Positions 62,964 through 64,000 of a DNA stretch of 64,000 nucleotides are shown in pieces (position 1 is the first letter of the stretch; every line of letters begins with the position of its first letter). Position numbers and translations under genes: made by a program. The notes below the pieces were generated by a model. That model was not told the DNA's origin. It was given only the letters and a program-made list of their open reading frames with translations, and made no database searches. Source of the stretch: a virus (Duplodnaviria; Caudoviricetes); the IMG/VR virus record IMGVR_UViG_3300037524_000424, positions 1 to 64,000 of that record. One strand, given 5' to 3'.

Positions 62964-63649
62964 TCGTTACCGTCAATTAATTCTTTCAGGACGTTTCTTT
63001 TCGATTTCAGATAGTATTTCTCAAACTGAGATAAGTCAAGCAAATTCTCGAATATCTCCAGCGTATTCCAGACTCTTTTCAACAGTCGTTCCTTATTCTC
63101 GTCATTCTGCCATTTATCCGCCAGTTTCAAGCTATCGTTTACATCGAAGTAAACGTAAATCTTATCTCCTTCTCGAAAGTCTTCTCCCTCTAAAGCATCC
63201 AGGACTTTCTGTTCGTTAGTCCGTTCTGGATTCATTACTGACTTAGTGATGGTACGTTTGGTAGACCAACGGGATATGTCGGTAACGGTTTGGGATTCGA
63301 CGATATAGGATTTGTATATCTCCTGGATTTTGAATAGAGAGTTGTCGTCCAGCATTACTTTGATAATACGTTCTATCATTTCTCGTAGTGCAGTTTCTCT
63401 CTTTGAATCTGTAAAACCGGACCCCTTGATTTTAATCTTTCCATCCTTTTCTAGGATATAATTTTTTGCTTTATTAACTATAACGGTTTGATAATATCCA
63501 TCATCTTCCATTTTAATTAAATCAGGAAGAAAATCGTTTATCTCTTTTAACAGTTTTTCTCTTTCTTCTTTAGTTATTTCGGACATATCTTTTTTACAAA
63601 AAGAGATACTATCGGTGTCTACAACATTTATTATAAAATCATGTACCAT
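62960..63649 (-). CDS. family B DNA polymerase, C-terminal segment (motif C to thumb)
   Basis: VVDTDS near the N-terminus, KAKNYIL, IKIKGSG; AAGGA RBS. Confidence 0.8.
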   Translation of the reverse strand: MVHDFIINVVDTDSISFCKKDMSEITKEEREKLLKEINDFLPDLIKMEDDGYYQTVIVNKAKNYILEKDGKIKIKGSGFTDSKRETALREMIERIIKVMLDDNSLFKIQEIYKSYIVESQTVTDISRWSTKRTITKSVMNPERTNEQKVLDALEGEDFREGDKIYVYFDVNDSLKLADKWQNDENKERLLKRVWNTLEIFENLLDLSQFEKYYLKSKRNVLKELIDGNE

Positions 63650-64000
63650 TTTTTATCCTTTTTCTTAACATAGAAATTATATTTTGTATGATTGTTTCTT
63701 TTTCCTAATATTACCTGGTTAATATGAGAAAGACAGTTAAAGTTTAATTTTTTAAACAATTGTTTTAGGCTAAAAAATCTACCAACTAGATTATTATCAT
63801 TTTTAAGATAAACGTCAATATGGTCGTATTTTTGTGAATAGTGGTACCTTTCTTTGGTAAAAAAGTCCTCTGGTACATTATTAAGATAACATATAGATAG
63901 ATTGTGTTTTTTAATTGTCTTAGACCTTCCCATTAAAACGTCACATATTGTTGATGGTGCGATTCCTAATTTTATAGAGGCATCAGTTAGTGATTCATAA
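63631..64000 (-). mobile_element. 3' part of a NUMOD1-containing homing endonuclease (runs off the window)
   Basis: Frame open to the window edge: YESLTDASIKLGIAPSTICDVLMGRSKT; second repeat FFSLKQL....SHINQVILGKRN; AT-rich. Confidence 0.7.

Noticed and set aside
1-64000. CRISPR array or Cas12-type system associated with either TnpB
   Set aside because: No regularly spaced repeat-spacer array seen; the CATCAAGTA copies are kilobases apart and tied to gene starts.
1-64000. Temperate-phage functions (integrase, CI/Cro switch, att site) and tail tube/tape measure genes
   Set aside because: None recognisable in this window; they cannot be excluded elsewhere in the genome.

Overview
The window is a 64 kb internal fragment of a lytic dsDNA tailed phage with podovirus-like (P22-type, short-tail) architecture; neither genome end nor the host can be identified. 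Layout: (i) 52-5681, minus-strand accessory and nucleotide genes (DEDDh exonuclease, dUTPase) plus a TnpB that lacks its RuvC-II glutamate but keeps a right-end/omega-RNA; (ii) 5757-6150, a strongly base-paired non-coding region with its own sigma70 promoter; (iii) 6329-42326, a plus-strand late region (intein-containing large terminase, structural block, portal, scaffold, major capsid, tail fibres, M15 endolysin, adaptor and nozzle, ejection proteins, GIY-YIG/NUMOD1 endonuclease), punctuated by 11 copies of CATCAAGTA at gene boundaries; (iv) 42332-64000, minus-strand early and replication genes (two ClpP-like proteases, RuvC-like resolvase, DUF5664, exonuclease, many small ORFs, SLT, PD-(D/E)XK nuclease, primase-helicase, ERF, C-terminal part of a family B polymerase), interrupted by a second TnpB with an intact triad and two more homing endonucleases. 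The best novelty candidates are the apparently domesticated nuclease-dead TnpB (its predicted guide may pair next to the TTGAT on the reverse strand of the late-gene motif), the ~400 nt structured ncRNA, a nested multi-domain tail fibre and a split PolB. All protein calls come from motif recognition by eye; no database searches or folding programs were run.
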